DNA of 64,000 nt. Source: a virus. The stretch's first letter is position 1; each line of letters starts with the position of its first letter. The notes under the pieces are model-generated. The model was not told the DNA's origin and searched no databases. It saw only the letters and a program-made list of their open reading frames with translations. This document shows, piece after piece, positions 48,852 through 58,894 of this stretch. The position numbers and the translations under genes were made by a program. The stretch spans positions 1 through 64,000 of IMG/VR virus record IMGVR_UViG_3300036846_000489; one strand, given 5' to 3'.

Positions 48852-49474
48852 TGGCCAAGGGAGGCAGACCAGCCGTTCCGGACGAACTGGTGCCGGCGGC
48901 GATCCGGATGCTGATGACCTACGGTCCCACGGCGGTCATGGAGGCGCACTGGCGTGATCCGGATGACACGACACCGAACGCGGCACGGAACGCCAGAGAG
49001 GTCAGGGGGTTCCGGTCTTACGATCCGCTGCGGTGGTCGCGCCGCCGGCATGGTGACGCCAGTTCGATCACCGAGCTTCACATCCATGCCGCCGACCGGC
49101 TTCGACACGCCGCCGACGTGGCACGCCTAGGAGGGCTTCCAGGGCCGTTGCCAGGGTGGGGCGCCACCCCTACCCAGGCCGGCCGCTACAGCCCGTCCAC
49201 GGGCTTCCCCGCCGCCGCACGGGCCATGTTGCGGGCCGACCGGGAATACCGGAGAGCCATGAGCATTCTGATACCGTCCGAACAGGAGATCATCGTCGTG
49301 GTCGTGCTGAGAAACGTCAGCATTGCTGCCTGGACGCGGCTTCGAAGATACCTCGGGGACCGGACCCTGCCGCAGACCGAGACGGCCAAGCTGGTTGGCG
49401 CTTTGGACAAGCTGGTTGACCACTACGACACCGAGATCAAGGAAGACATGGCATTCGGGAGGGTCGAGGTATGA
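48851..49474 (+). CDS. Putative late transcription regulator (Q/sigma-region-4-like)
   Basis: IT..H..AADRL, ALDKLVDHY; position after replication genes. Confidence 0.5.
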   Translation: MAKGGRPAVPDELVPAAIRMLMTYGPTAVMEAHWRDPDDTTPNAARNAREVRGFRSYDPLRWSRRRHGDASSITELHIHAADRLRHAADVARLGGLPGPLPGWGATPTQAGRYSPSTGFPAAARAMLRADREYRRAMSILIPSEQEIIVVVVLRNVSIAAWTRLRRYLGDRTLPQTETAKLVGALDKLVDHYDTEIKEDMAFGRVEV

Positions 49475-49770
49475 AGCTGCCGACCAGCGCTTCCCAGCCG
49501 GTCATCGATCTGCTGCGAGAGATCAATGAAACCGCCAATCGGAAAAAGGTCGAAGACCTGCGGGATCAGATCAACGATATCCTGGTCGATGAGAACCGAT
49601 GCGACAGCATGTTTGCCATGGTTCTTGTGCTGTCGGGAATGGCCATCGATCAGCCGGAAGAGAACTGCCAGGAAATCATTCTGCAATCATTCTACACGCT
49701 CGCGAGACAGGTCATCTATTTGTGGGAAATGAAGCAGGACGGGAACCATCGCCGGAATTTCCAACCGTAG
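49471..49770 (+). CDS. Hypothetical protein
   Basis: ATGA-coupled, SD GAGG. Confidence 0.5.
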   Translation: MKLPTSASQPVIDLLREINETANRKKVEDLRDQINDILVDENRCDSMFAMVLVLSGMAIDQPEENCQEIILQSFYTLARQVIYLWEMKQDGNHRRNFQP

Positions 49771-49921
49771 ACGCCCCGTGACGCCCCTGTGTGGCCAGAA
49801 AATGCTGTAGAACACTGGAAATATCGGATAATTCCGAAACTCTGCACGACAGAAGGCGCTGGACAAACCGAAAAAATGCGCCGAGAATAATCAGGAAGGA
49901 CACGCAACCAGGAGAACGAAC

Positions 49922-50455
49922 ATGAATAAGAAGATGCAGGTTCCGTGGGTAAACCAAGCTACGTTGACCAAGGCCGAAATGGAGAAGGTTCGCACGAATT
50001 GCGAACCGCGTCGGCCAACGATGTGCCTTAATACCAAGATGGTGAAGCTCGGTGCCGAGAAAAAGGGAAGGATCGTGCGTGGAGTAAGCACCTTGAATGG
50101 GTTCGTTCATTGGTCTGAACAAGAGAAAGACCTTACGTGGCATATGTGGCGCGCGAAATTGCTGCTTCCGTATGCGGAGAAGATCGATGTCTACGATACG
50201 GACGGCAAGCAATTCACATTGCCAGCAAAGCCGCCGTTTGGTCCGGTGGAATACCGGGGGCCGTGTCGGCCACGCCGGGGCACGCCAGAGGGTGCCAGAT
50301 TGGCCAGCAAGAAATTCCAGGAAAGGAAGGCGGCCGGATTGGCTCAGTCACGGAAGAAGTATCGCAATTTGCAAGCTCCCGAGGTGATCAGGATGGGAGA
50401 GATGGAGCGGGAAAGGGAAAGCTTGCCAGAGGCCGAGCTAGTTCCTACCTTCTGA
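49922..50455 (+). CDS. Hypothetical basic protein
   Basis: SD AGGAG. Confidence 0.5.
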   Translation: MNKKMQVPWVNQATLTKAEMEKVRTNCEPRRPTMCLNTKMVKLGAEKKGRIVRGVSTLNGFVHWSEQEKDLTWHMWRAKLLLPYAEKIDVYDTDGKQFTLPAKPPFGPVEYRGPCRPRRGTPEGARLASKKFQERKAAGLAQSRKKYRNLQAPEVIRMGEMERERESLPEAELVPTF

Positions 50456-50842
50456 TCCCCTTCGGGGTGTGGTGTCCTTCCACAGAGAGCCGGGCGATCC
50501 CGTCGCTCGGCTCTCACCACATCTGGCGCGAGAAGGGGCTTGACCGCGCAAGATGAGCGAAGGCATGCTTTCCCTATCGTCGCGGGATCGCACACCTTGG
50601 AGCCAGCTATGTGACCTGCTAGCGCAGCATTATGAATGGATACGGAATTGGTGTGCTACCTGTTGGGCATCCAGCGACGCGGGTAGAAGCCGGGATAGTC
50701 TTTTCCTTCTTGCCACCACTCACGAGCAAGTTTCGGCGCTCTCAGTAGGGCCGCGTCGCGTTCTTCCCCTAGAGACAGCAGGTGGAAGTAGGCTCTGAAT
50801 ACCAAGGCACGATGTTCCCCCACCCGCATGTCCAGGTGGCGG

Positions 50843-51055
50843 TCAGTCTTTGGAAGCATAGGGCTGCACCTTTTGTCCGAGGAAATCGAGGTCAAGAACA
50901 TTCAGGTTGTGGCGTTTGCACCAGACCTGAATACCCTGTTGCGTCCAGCCGACCTCAAGCCGTGACCACGTTTGCGGCGAGACGCCGGCGGGCATTTCCT
51001 TCAGGCACCTGGCACAGTGCATGAACTGGAAGATGCGGTTGGGATGGTCGGTCAT
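50843..51055 (-). CDS. Small Cys/His protein
   Basis: HCARC...LEVGWT..GIQVWCKRH. Confidence 0.6.
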   Translation of the reverse strand: MTDHPNRIFQFMHCARCLKEMPAGVSPQTWSRLEVGWTQQGIQVWCKRHNLNVLDLDFLGQKVQPYASKD

Positions 51056-51348
51056 ATCGGACCCTCCGCATCACACCACACACACCGGCCGTCTACACCG
51101 TAGCGGTGCCTTCCGCTCGGCACACGGCAGGAAGTTTCTGATCTCACCGGCTTCGGTTCGACCAGATCGTCCACCTTGTGCTTGATGTATGCCTGATCGT
51201 CGGAGAACGTGACCCACGAACGAACGTCGGGGAAGATACGCTGTCCGCATTCAGGGCAGAAGTTCGGCAGCCGGGGATTAACCCAGCATAGCAGACAGAT
51301 GCAGCATTCTGTGCGAATGAGCCGGAAGTGCGCTCTGGTCAGTGCCAT
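51052..51348 (-). CDS. Zinc-finger hypothetical protein
   Basis: CC..LLCWVNPRLPNFCPECG. Confidence 0.55.
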   Translation of the reverse strand: MALTRAHFRLIRTECCICLLCWVNPRLPNFCPECGQRIFPDVRSWVTFSDDQAYIKHKVDDLVEPKPVRSETSCRVPSGRHRYGVDGRCVWCDAEGPI

Positions 51349-51448
51349 TCCATTACTCCCGTCTGCTGCATCAGCCAGTGCTGGACGACGACGTGGCGGT
51401 AGTGCCACATCGCCGGGTAGAAGGTGGTTGTGGTCATCAGAAACAGCT

Positions 51449-51697
51449 TCATTGTTTCAACCTCTGGCTGACATTGATCTTGGTGTCCGGACCAATACCG
51501 TCCTTTAGGGTTTCCGCGCAGTGTGCTTCGGTTTCGCCGGAGAAAATCATGACATCGACCGGCAGCCCAACTTCGCGACCGATGATGCGGATGAAGCTGT
51601 CACCCGGCTCTTTGCGGAACTGGTCCAGGTTGGCGAAACTCAGGCCGATCACCAGGATGCTTTTTCCGGTTCCGTCTCTCGCAATTGCTTTGATCAT
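51449..51697 (-). CDS. Hypothetical protein
   Basis: MIKA...IGLS..N...GETE. Confidence 0.6.
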   Translation of the reverse strand: MIKAIARDGTGKSILVIGLSFANLDQFRKEPGDSFIRIIGREVGLPVDVMIFSGETEAHCAETLKDGIGPDTKINVSQRLKQ

Positions 51698-51942
51698 GAG
51701 GATTTCCTGTCCAGCTTGATGTCGTGGGTGCGGTGGCCGTATGATCTACCGGTTCTTATGGCATCGACCAGTTCCTCCATCAGTTCAACAAACTCATGAG
51801 GGGGTGTGGTCGAGACCACGCGATTTTTCTTTTCTCCCGCCAGTCGATAGATCAGCAGCCAGTCACCGTCATCGCCTATTGCCTTGGCGAGAAACTGACC
51901 TACGGCATCAGCTATGAATTCATCCTCTTTGTCTTCGGTCAT
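51694..51942 (-). CDS. Cassette gene, hypothetical
   Basis: Start preceded by AAGGACACCAAATG. Confidence 0.65.
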   Translation of the reverse strand: MTEDKEDEFIADAVGQFLAKAIGDDGDWLLIYRLAGEKKNRVVSTTPPHEFVELMEELVDAIRTGRSYGHRTHDIKLDRKSS

Positions 51943-52014
51943 TTGGTGTCCTTTTCCTGTTTCCAGCGAAGTGCTGGTGCAGAGAGCCACGCCCCACGGG
52001 ACGCGCTCCCTGCA

Positions 52015-52266
52015 TCAATGCTTCGTCTCCGCAGCGTCTTTTAAGGCGGTGAGTTTGAGGATTAATTTCACTAGCATCGTCAATAGGCTCGACCGAATTT
52101 CTGCGGTGTCCTTGTCGTCTTCCCCATAATGCCCAGCAACCCATATGGCGGTTAGTTCGGCGAGAACTGCGCCCTGTATGGCTGAGGACTTGCCAGCCAG
52201 GATCGGCTTGATCTGACCGATCAGAGCGATTATTTCCTCTACGTCTTTCTTGGCGAAATCGGTCAT
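52015..52266 (-). CDS. Cassette gene, hypothetical
   Basis: LAGK...IQGAVLAEL.A.WVAGH; stop lies in type B element. Confidence 0.65.
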   Translation of the reverse strand: MTDFAKKDVEEIIALIGQIKPILAGKSSAIQGAVLAELTAIWVAGHYGEDDKDTAEIRSSLLTMLVKLILKLTALKDAAETKH

Positions 52267-53309
52267 CAACGCACCTCGTAGTGGGAACGGTTGGACTTGA
52301 AGCTCTTCCGCTGTTCCTCGGTAGCATTGACCAGTGTGTCCGCGATCCAGATCGACCGACCCGTGGCGTAGTTTCTCGGGTGTCCCATGCGGATGTGGAA
52401 CTGCGGACTTGCGTGGTGCCCGCCCAGACCTTCGCTCCGCTCCCGATGACCGCGTGCCAGAATAGCCGTGACATACGGCTCACTAAGCACCCGGTCGTAG
52501 TGCGGGATCGGCGGCTTCCGGCTTTTCATCCTGGCACGTTGCAATTTCTCCGGTGGCCGAACTGTCTCCCGATCCACCCCGCGCGTGGCGAGGATCATCA
52601 GGCAACAGATAATCGGGTCACCGATATTGCAGCTTGCCGCCTCGTGGGCCGATTGTCCGTTGTTCTGCAAGGCACGGAATTCATCGTCGGCGACGAACCG
52701 CAGAATAGACGGTGCCACTTGGGAAATATGGTCAACGCCAAGTTCCGGTGGCGGCACCATGAACATGCCACGGTCACCGATTACCAGGAGTTGCTGGTAA
52801 CCGAGCGTCAAGGGCTGAAGCTCGCAGACTTCGAAGGTCGTGTCGGAAGGACGATTGACCAGATAGACCGCTATCGCCTTGGTTTCTGGCAACACCACTG
52901 GCTGAGGGCCTGCGCCCTTCCAGATGAGGTTATGATCCCAAGTGTGGTAGCAAATCCACGGGTCGGAAAATGGGAAACCCAAGGCTCCCATATTCCACAT
53001 CTTCCCGCCACGCTTCGCGCATTCCGAGATGACCAAGTTCGGCAAGTGACCGAAGTCGATGACCCTGCCGGCTGTCACCGCATCGCGGCACCGAAGGGAG
53101 ATCAATTCAACCTCCCTCTGTGTCGAGGCGTATTCACGGCTCTCGGGAAGCAACCGCATGTTCGATGACTGGAAACCGGTGACGCGAAAATCGAGCACCG
53201 CGTCCCGCATCTGCGTGACGGTTGGTCTCCACTCCATGTCCAGCGACATAGTTAGCTCCTGCCCGAAGATCACCTGACCTTCGGGAGTTCTCATTAGTCT
53301 CGGTTCCAT
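52266..53309 (-). CDS. Cassette gene with C-terminal HxRxGH motif
   Basis: Conserved start sequence; HASPQFHIRMGHPR. Confidence 0.75.
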   Translation of the reverse strand: MEPRLMRTPEGQVIFGQELTMSLDMEWRPTVTQMRDAVLDFRVTGFQSSNMRLLPESREYASTQREVELISLRCRDAVTAGRVIDFGHLPNLVISECAKRGGKMWNMGALGFPFSDPWICYHTWDHNLIWKGAGPQPVVLPETKAIAVYLVNRPSDTTFEVCELQPLTLGYQQLLVIGDRGMFMVPPPELGVDHISQVAPSILRFVADDEFRALQNNGQSAHEAASCNIGDPIICCLMILATRGVDRETVRPPEKLQRARMKSRKPPIPHYDRVLSEPYVTAILARGHRERSEGLGGHHASPQFHIRMGHPRNYATGRSIWIADTLVNATEEQRKSFKSNRSHYEVR

Positions 53310-53379
53310 TTGGTGTCCTTCTCTGTGTCCCCTGGTCGGGGCGAGGACAGCACCGATGCCGGCGCTGCCTTCGTCCAGA

Positions 53380-53997
53380 TCAGCGAATATCAACCTTTTT
53401 CGCCGCGCCTTGCTCAAGAGCGGCTTTGAGTATCTGTTGGGCGGCATCGCGTTCTTCGAAGGTTGGCTCCCTTTCCGGCAGAACCTCGGCAAAACTTCCC
53501 ATTATGAAACTCTGCGGGTCAGAGGTCTTTTCATCCTTTACCCCGGTGCATTTGCCTTTCGCGTTTCTTACGACTTCGGCTTGTGCCACGGCGGTAAGGC
53601 GTTCACCGGTATCGTCGTTGCGCCATATGATCTGTGCTATGACGACTTCTTGGCGATCTTCCCGTTGGCTCGGCATGACCTCGGGATATTCTGGGTCCGG
53701 TTCTCCTGGCTTGCTGCTCGCAATCCAGGCTTCGCCGATGAAGGCGACGGCGAACCCGTTGTCGGCTATACAGATGAGCCGGGCCATTTCCCGGTGTCCG
53801 CGTTTTTCCTTGTCGTCGTAGTTGTTCATTCCGCCGACACCTATCGGGGTAACTCTATGGGCGGCATGAACCACGAATAGCGGCATAAGGTGTCCTTCTT
53901 TGGTGATACACCGCTTGGCATATTCTAGATCAAGCCGAAGTTGTTTGGCATAATCGAACTTTCCCTTGGCGATGTTTGGTCCGGTTTTTCTCGGCAT
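53380..53997 (-). CDS. Cassette gene, hypothetical
   Basis: Conserved start sequence; EAWI...PSQREDRQEVV; TGA inside element. Confidence 0.75.
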   Translation of the reverse strand: MPRKTGPNIAKGKFDYAKQLRLDLEYAKRCITKEGHLMPLFVVHAAHRVTPIGVGGMNNYDDKEKRGHREMARLICIADNGFAVAFIGEAWIASSKPGEPDPEYPEVMPSQREDRQEVVIAQIIWRNDDTGERLTAVAQAEVVRNAKGKCTGVKDEKTSDPQSFIMGSFAEVLPEREPTFEERDAAQQILKAALEQGAAKKVDIR

Positions 53998-54070
53998 CTG
54001 GTGTCCTTCCTGTTCTCCCCTGGTCGGGGCGGTGACAGCCACGGAATATCCTTGGCTGCCCCCGTCTGGA

Positions 54071-54235
54071 TCAGGGCAAATACCTCTCAGCGACGTTCTC
54101 GCGCTTAATGAACTTCAGTAGGGCTGAATAGAATTCTTCCAGCCGTTGCTCGCCGTCCTGTTGCGACAGCCGTTGTTGCCAATGCTCCAGGAAATCCCAG
54201 GCATTGATCAACGCTCTTTCCCGGTCATAGAACAT
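54071..54235 (-). CDS. Cassette gene, hypothetical
   Basis: TGA inside element. Confidence 0.5.
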   Translation of the reverse strand: MFYDRERALINAWDFLEHWQQRLSQQDGEQRLEEFYSALLKFIKRENVAERYLP

Positions 54236-54458
54236 GAGCGGCCGCCAGCAGTAATCCAGCGACAATTCCGACCACCAGGAACAGGCTGAAGCCGCCCTGT
54301 CCTGGCCGTTCCCGATCCCGCCTTCTCTCGGTGATTTCGATGTTGACCACCACGCGCCGGGGCGGCCCGCCTGAAGGCGGGGGAGGATCGTTGTGGAAGG
54401 AATTGCCGTCCAGTAAGTAGTCGAATGAGCCACGCTTCGGCTCCTTGTTCTTCAGCAT
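54225..54458 (-). CDS. Small membrane-anchored protein
   Basis: C-terminal hydrophobic segment. Confidence 0.5.
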   Translation of the reverse strand: MLKNKEPKRGSFDYLLDGNSFHNDPPPPSGGPPRRVVVNIEITERRRDRERPGQGGFSLFLVVGIVAGLLLAAAHVL

Positions 54459-54685
54459 ATGCCCAACTCCTTCTTGGTCCGATCAACCAGATTTTCCCAC
54501 TCCTTGCAGGCATCTTCCAGCCAGTTGATTGACTTGGCCGATCCCTGAAATTCGTAGGTATCGCGATCAAAGTGAAGACCGTTGAGCACCTCTCTTGCCG
54601 CCGCTCTCATCGAACAGGCAACATCATACATCAATTGCTTGTTCGCTTTCATAGCGACGGCCTGATCTTCAGTTCTTTTCGGCAT
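54452..54685 (-). CDS. Cassette gene, hypothetical
   Basis: Conserved start sequence. Confidence 0.6.
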   Translation of the reverse strand: MPKRTEDQAVAMKANKQLMYDVACSMRAAAREVLNGLHFDRDTYEFQGSAKSINWLEDACKEWENLVDRTKKELGIC

Positions 54686-54790
54686 GGGTTTGGTGTCCTT
54701 CTCTATTCCCCGACCGACTGGTCGAGGCGACAACAGCACCGCGCAAGGCGGGCTGTTCCCGTCAGGATCAGCACGACAGTCTGGCGACCG

Positions 54791-55402
54791 TCAGTGGTAT
54801 CTCCGGTGGTTGCCGTCGGCGGACCAATTTACTTCGTGCCAGTCCGCGACCGGCCCAGGCACGGTCAGAACCGGCACGGCCAATGCCCCGATGATCCCAG
54901 CGGACGCCCTGCCCTCTACACCGGCCAGGACGATCAGCGTGCCACGAGTAAGGAGCGTGGCCTTTTGGTTCGGGAACAGAACCGGCTCCTTGGTATTATC
55001 GAGGCGATCAAGGCTGCTTTCGAATTCGGCAATTCCCTGTTCCCCCAGGCGGGTTGCCAGGGTGACAAGGGCGCCGTGGCTGTCAGCTTGAAGAATGAAA
55101 GACGCCATGGTTGACCACAGTGCTGCCCGGTCTTCCAGGTCGGTATTATTTATCTCTGGGACCGGGTCAGACCACCGAAGCATGTCGCAGATCATTCCCC
55201 GGTTGGGGGAGGCAAATACCACATGCCGCCCATAGCAGGCCGGGAGTGCTAGTTTCCCAGCTTCCTCTGAAGCGATGGCATCGACAACCTCCTGCAAGGT
55301 CGGAATACAGCGACGCAGTATTCGCTTCGTGCTCGGCTTTTGCGCGCGGCCTTTCACCACATCCTCTAAGGTCATGGTGGCGACGTGTTCTCCTAGTGTC
55401 AT
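54791..55402 (-). CDS. Cassette gene, hypothetical
   Basis: Conserved start sequence. Confidence 0.65.
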   Translation of the reverse strand: MTLGEHVATMTLEDVVKGRAQKPSTKRILRRCIPTLQEVVDAIASEEAGKLALPACYGRHVVFASPNRGMICDMLRWSDPVPEINNTDLEDRAALWSTMASFILQADSHGALVTLATRLGEQGIAEFESSLDRLDNTKEPVLFPNQKATLLTRGTLIVLAGVEGRASAGIIGALAVPVLTVPGPVADWHEVNWSADGNHRRYH

Positions 55403-55479
55403 GGGTTGGTGTCCTTCTCCGTCCTCGACTTCTGGTCGAGGCGGCGACAGCGCGGCTTCCCGTGCTGTCTCCGTCCAGA

Positions 55480-56637
55480 TCAGGGTCGTCTCCTGATGAC
55501 GTCATAATCGTCGTGAACAACGAAGCCGCGTGAGGCGTCGCCGCGTTCATGCTCCGGTCGCCACCAGCGTTTGCCGCCACAGTCCGAACAGACCCAATTA
55601 TCCGGATCGTCCGGCCCAGCGTCCGGCCACGGCAGCCATTTCGGTGGACCGTGGTTCGGTTCGAAGTTGTGGACGCACCCGGCGATCCTGGAATAATCGC
55701 GGGCTTCCTTGTTGTGGCAGTAGTGACCACGAACTTCGTGCCGGCGACGCGGCACAGCGTCACCCGCCGGGGTGCCGATCAGCCTTAAGGTCGGCACCGG
55801 ATCGATCTCTATGGTCACCGTGGTATGTGCCATGTAGGCCCGGAACTTGCCGCTGATGAAGCCAGGGGCATTCGGCAGAGAGTTCCGGTAGCTGGTCAGC
55901 GACGGCCGGTTGAGCATCAGCAGGATCGCGATGATCGTCCGAAAGTCGCCAATCGTGCCACGTGCCATGGACGCCATGCCGCCGTCAGCGGTCCATTTAT
56001 GGTAGGATGGATGGGCCGGATTGAGCGGCGTCTGTTCCATGACGTTGAACTCTCGCAGCACGCGCCGTTCGTCGTTGGTCAGGTTGTCCCAGGTTGATCC
56101 CCACATAAGCATGTCGAGGCTCATCCGAGAGCACCCGCACAGACGGGCGAATTCCAACTGATCGTCTATCGGCCATTCGGTTCTTAGTCGATACTGCATT
56201 CCGGTCACCTGCGGGTCAGTGACCGGGTTGGCCACCGTGCCGCCGCAGATGGTATTGATCCGATTATGGTCGATCAGATACCCGACCGTGTGATCGGCAC
56301 TGTCAAGTTCGCCATACCAGCCGGTATTTTCATACCGTCCTGGATCAGCGTCGCGTAGCACCTTCCAGTAAATCCACGAAGGCCACTCTATCCAGGTGAC
56401 CTCGAAAGGTGGTCTGGCGAAGCCGTGTTCCCGCACCAGAAGTGAAGGAATATCACGCACGACCTGGGCAATACGCTCCGCGGCCCGCTCGTCAAAGACG
56501 AACTTATGGGCGGCACGCATGGAGCGTTGAAGCATGTCCATGGTTTTCGGATGGACGAACCGCTCCTTGGCCGAAAACTTATGAGCCAAAAAGCGGTCAG
56601 CCAGTATTGGCCCCCGCTTGGTAGGTGTTTTGGCCAT
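55480..56637 (-). CDS. Cassette gene with HEVRGHY and Cys-rich C-terminus
   Basis: Start-sequence variant; RRRHEVRGHY, CSDCGG, HERGDAS. Confidence 0.75.
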   Translation of the reverse strand: MAKTPTKRGPILADRFLAHKFSAKERFVHPKTMDMLQRSMRAAHKFVFDERAAERIAQVVRDIPSLLVREHGFARPPFEVTWIEWPSWIYWKVLRDADPGRYENTGWYGELDSADHTVGYLIDHNRINTICGGTVANPVTDPQVTGMQYRLRTEWPIDDQLEFARLCGCSRMSLDMLMWGSTWDNLTNDERRVLREFNVMEQTPLNPAHPSYHKWTADGGMASMARGTIGDFRTIIAILLMLNRPSLTSYRNSLPNAPGFISGKFRAYMAHTTVTIEIDPVPTLRLIGTPAGDAVPRRRHEVRGHYCHNKEARDYSRIAGCVHNFEPNHGPPKWLPWPDAGPDDPDNWVCSDCGGKRWWRPEHERGDASRGFVVHDDYDVIRRRP

Positions 56638-56712
56638 GTTGTGTCCTTCTGTTCTCCCCGAGCATGTCTGATCGAGGCGGAAACAGCCATGCTGCTTCCG
56701 TCCGGATCAGGC

Positions 56713-56738
56713 AAAGAAAAGGGGAGCCGAAGCTCCCC
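56713..56738 (-). terminator. Intrinsic terminator (UUCG loop)
   Basis: On - strand: GGGGAGC-TTCG-GCTCCCC-TTTTCTTT. Confidence 0.8.
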
Positions 56739-56769
56739 ACAAAGTCTGGGTCGGATATTTTCTGCCGGT

Positions 56770-57408
56770 CTACGCCGACCGACGCCGCAACAGGGTCAGG
56801 CCGATCAGGCCCATCCCGAGGATCACAAGCGAGGCAGGCTCCGGCACGGCCGTCGCCGAAGCACTGATGTCACCCGCAAAGCTGGCATTGAAGGCGCCAA
56901 TTGTGCTGCCGTCCAAGGCAAGGGTGGGCAGCAGATTGGTGAACGCCAGATTGAACGAGCTTGGGGGCACCAACTCGTTGGCCGGAATGACGTTGCTGGC
57001 CAACGTGAGGCTCTCCGGGGGGTTGTTGACATTGACTGTCAGACCCGGCCCACCATTTGCCCCAAAGGCGGCATCGGTGAACGTGCCAGAGAGGAAGTTA
57101 CCCGTGCATCCGGCAGCACTTGAGATACAGAAGCTTCCCGAGTAATGCTGGATGATGTTGCCCGCTACCGTGATTGCCGCATCGATAGAATGCGCGGAGA
57201 GGGTCATCATGGCGCCAGGAATGGCACCGAGAATACCGCCGCCCAGCAAAGCTAGCTGGTTGGTGTAACTGATATTCGTCACGGTGCCATTGTCGGTCGC
57301 TACCACGGTATTCGTCGTGGCCTCCTGAGCGAAAGTCGTAAGCAAGGCGGCTTCCGCTACTGTCGGCAAGGCCACGGCGATGGTGGAGGCAAGCAAAAGT
57401 GCCTTCAT
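56770..57408 (-). CDS. PEP-CTERM sorted secreted/surface protein
   Basis: Signal peptide MKALLLASTIAVALPTVAEA; C-terminal VPEPASLVILGMGLIGLTLLRRR. Confidence 0.9.
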   Translation of the reverse strand: MKALLLASTIAVALPTVAEAALLTTFAQEATTNTVVATDNGTVTNISYTNQLALLGGGILGAIPGAMMTLSAHSIDAAITVAGNIIQHYSGSFCISSAAGCTGNFLSGTFTDAAFGANGGPGLTVNVNNPPESLTLASNVIPANELVPPSSFNLAFTNLLPTLALDGSTIGAFNASFAGDISASATAVPEPASLVILGMGLIGLTLLRRRSA

Positions 57409-57518
57409 CTGGTTTCCTTTCGGGTTGGTGTGAACACTCAGTCTCCCCGGCTTTGCTGGCCGAGGCCGGAACGCCCGCCACAGTTTCCTGTGGGGACGCT
57501 CCGGTCAAGGTCAGATTT

Positions 57519-57728
57519 CTACCGTCTCCGGTGGCTGGCATCTATAGGTTCGATGTCGGTCTCAACCTGACGGGGATCGCGGCCCTGTTGTATCCGCGAT
57601 ATCCTGGCGGGCAGGATGATATCCCGATTGCAGTCGTCGCAGCACCGGCCATGGTTGATCGGCTCCGCGTTGTTCCCGAACCGGGTGTATGGCCGCCCGC
57701 AGATCGTGCAGGCTCCGTTCTCATCCAT
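57519..57728 (-). CDS. Small zinc-binding protein
   Basis: CTICG...GNNAEP...GRCCDDCN. Confidence 0.7.
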   Translation of the reverse strand: MDENGACTICGRPYTRFGNNAEPINHGRCCDDCNRDIILPARISRIQQGRDPRQVETDIEPIDASHRRR

Positions 57729-58224
57729 CCTTGTTCTCCTCTTCCTTGCGCGGCATTCCGGAAAGAAGCTGACCGTAGGTGTGGAGCACCTCGGTCACCG
57801 GCTTGCCGTCTCGGAAGAACGTGATGGTTCCCGCCGCCTCTGAGGCGCGAGAGTTGCCCCAGGCGTCGAACTCGGCACGATCCATCCAAATGATGTTCCG
57901 ACGCAGCCATTCGACGGTGACCACCGGATCGACCGTGTAGTAGCCTCCCGGCACGTCTTCGTCTTCGACCTCTTCGCCCACAACCACACCGTTGCCGGCC
58001 ATTGGCTGGTCGGTGCGGAATGCGCAGAAGAAAAAGTGCATGGTTGGTTTCAGCAAGCCTTCCTCGTCCACGAACATCACATCTCCAGACGGGAACCGAA
58101 AGGCCGCTTCGATCCAGCCACCGATATAGTCACCGACGGTAGGAAGCTCGCCTTCGGCACTTTGTATGCGATATTCGACCTCACGGATTTCCCGCTTCAC
58201 GGCATCAATGAGAATTGCCTTCAT
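57721..58224 (-). CDS. DUF3846-like protein
   Basis: MKAILID, IGGWIE, FVDEEGLL, AGNGVVVG. Confidence 0.65.
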   Translation of the reverse strand: MKAILIDAVKREIREVEYRIQSAEGELPTVGDYIGGWIEAAFRFPSGDVMFVDEEGLLKPTMHFFFCAFRTDQPMAGNGVVVGEEVEDEDVPGGYYTVDPVVTVEWLRRNIIWMDRAEFDAWGNSRASEAAGTITFFRDGKPVTEVLHTYGQLLSGMPRKEEENKDG

Positions 58225-58308
58225 GGGTATTTGGTGTCCTTCCATTCAGTTTCCCCAGGCTGGCTGAGGCGAGGACAGCCACCGGCCTGAGCCGGCGCTG
58301 CCTTCGTC

Positions 58309-58491
58309 TTAGTCAGGGTCTATCGGCTCGTCGTGATCGTAGTTCGGATCGGTCAGAACCTCTGGCCGGAACGCGGCCAGCTTCTCCTTTTCGCATTTCC
58401 CGCACATGTATCCGAGAGGAATTCCCCTCGCATCCAGTCCGACCCACGGCCACTCGCCGCTGCCGCACGGGCATTCAGTCAGCATCGCCAT
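58309..58491 (-). CDS. Small zinc-binding protein
   Basis: CPCGSG...DARGI....C.KC...FRPEVL. Confidence 0.65.
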   Translation of the reverse strand: MAMLTECPCGSGEWPWVGLDARGIPLGYMCGKCEKEKLAAFRPEVLTDPNYDHDEPIDPD

Positions 58492-58778
58492 CATGGTTCT
58501 CCGTCGTGGCCAACGGCTTTCTGGTCCGCCACGCCATCGACGGTGCGATGGCGTCCGGCGTATTCCCACTGGACCTGATGGAAGCGTTCGATATTCGCGA
58601 TGTCACGAATATCCAACTTGAACCCCAGAGCCAAGTAGATTAGTTCCAAATCGCCTTGGTTGAGCCGGTCGAGGTTGGGCAAGGTGGCATGAGGGATGCC
58701 ACAGTGCTCAATGATCCACTCACGGATGACGCGGACCAGTTCGTATTTGTCTGGCCGCATCTTGGGAGGAAGCGACAT
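58491..58778 (-). CDS. Hypothetical protein
   Basis: TGATG-coupled to upstream minigene; SD GGGAGG. Confidence 0.55.
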   Translation of the reverse strand: MSLPPKMRPDKYELVRVIREWIIEHCGIPHATLPNLDRLNQGDLELIYLALGFKLDIRDIANIERFHQVQWEYAGRHRTVDGVADQKAVGHDGEP

Positions 58779-58894
58779 CACGCTGCCTCCCGAGGGTCTT
58801 CAGTATTTATCGGCATTTGGTGTCCTTTCCAAAGTCCTCGGCGAACTGGCCGAGGCGGCGGTAGCCACGACAAGCGCAGCTACCCCCGTCCAGG

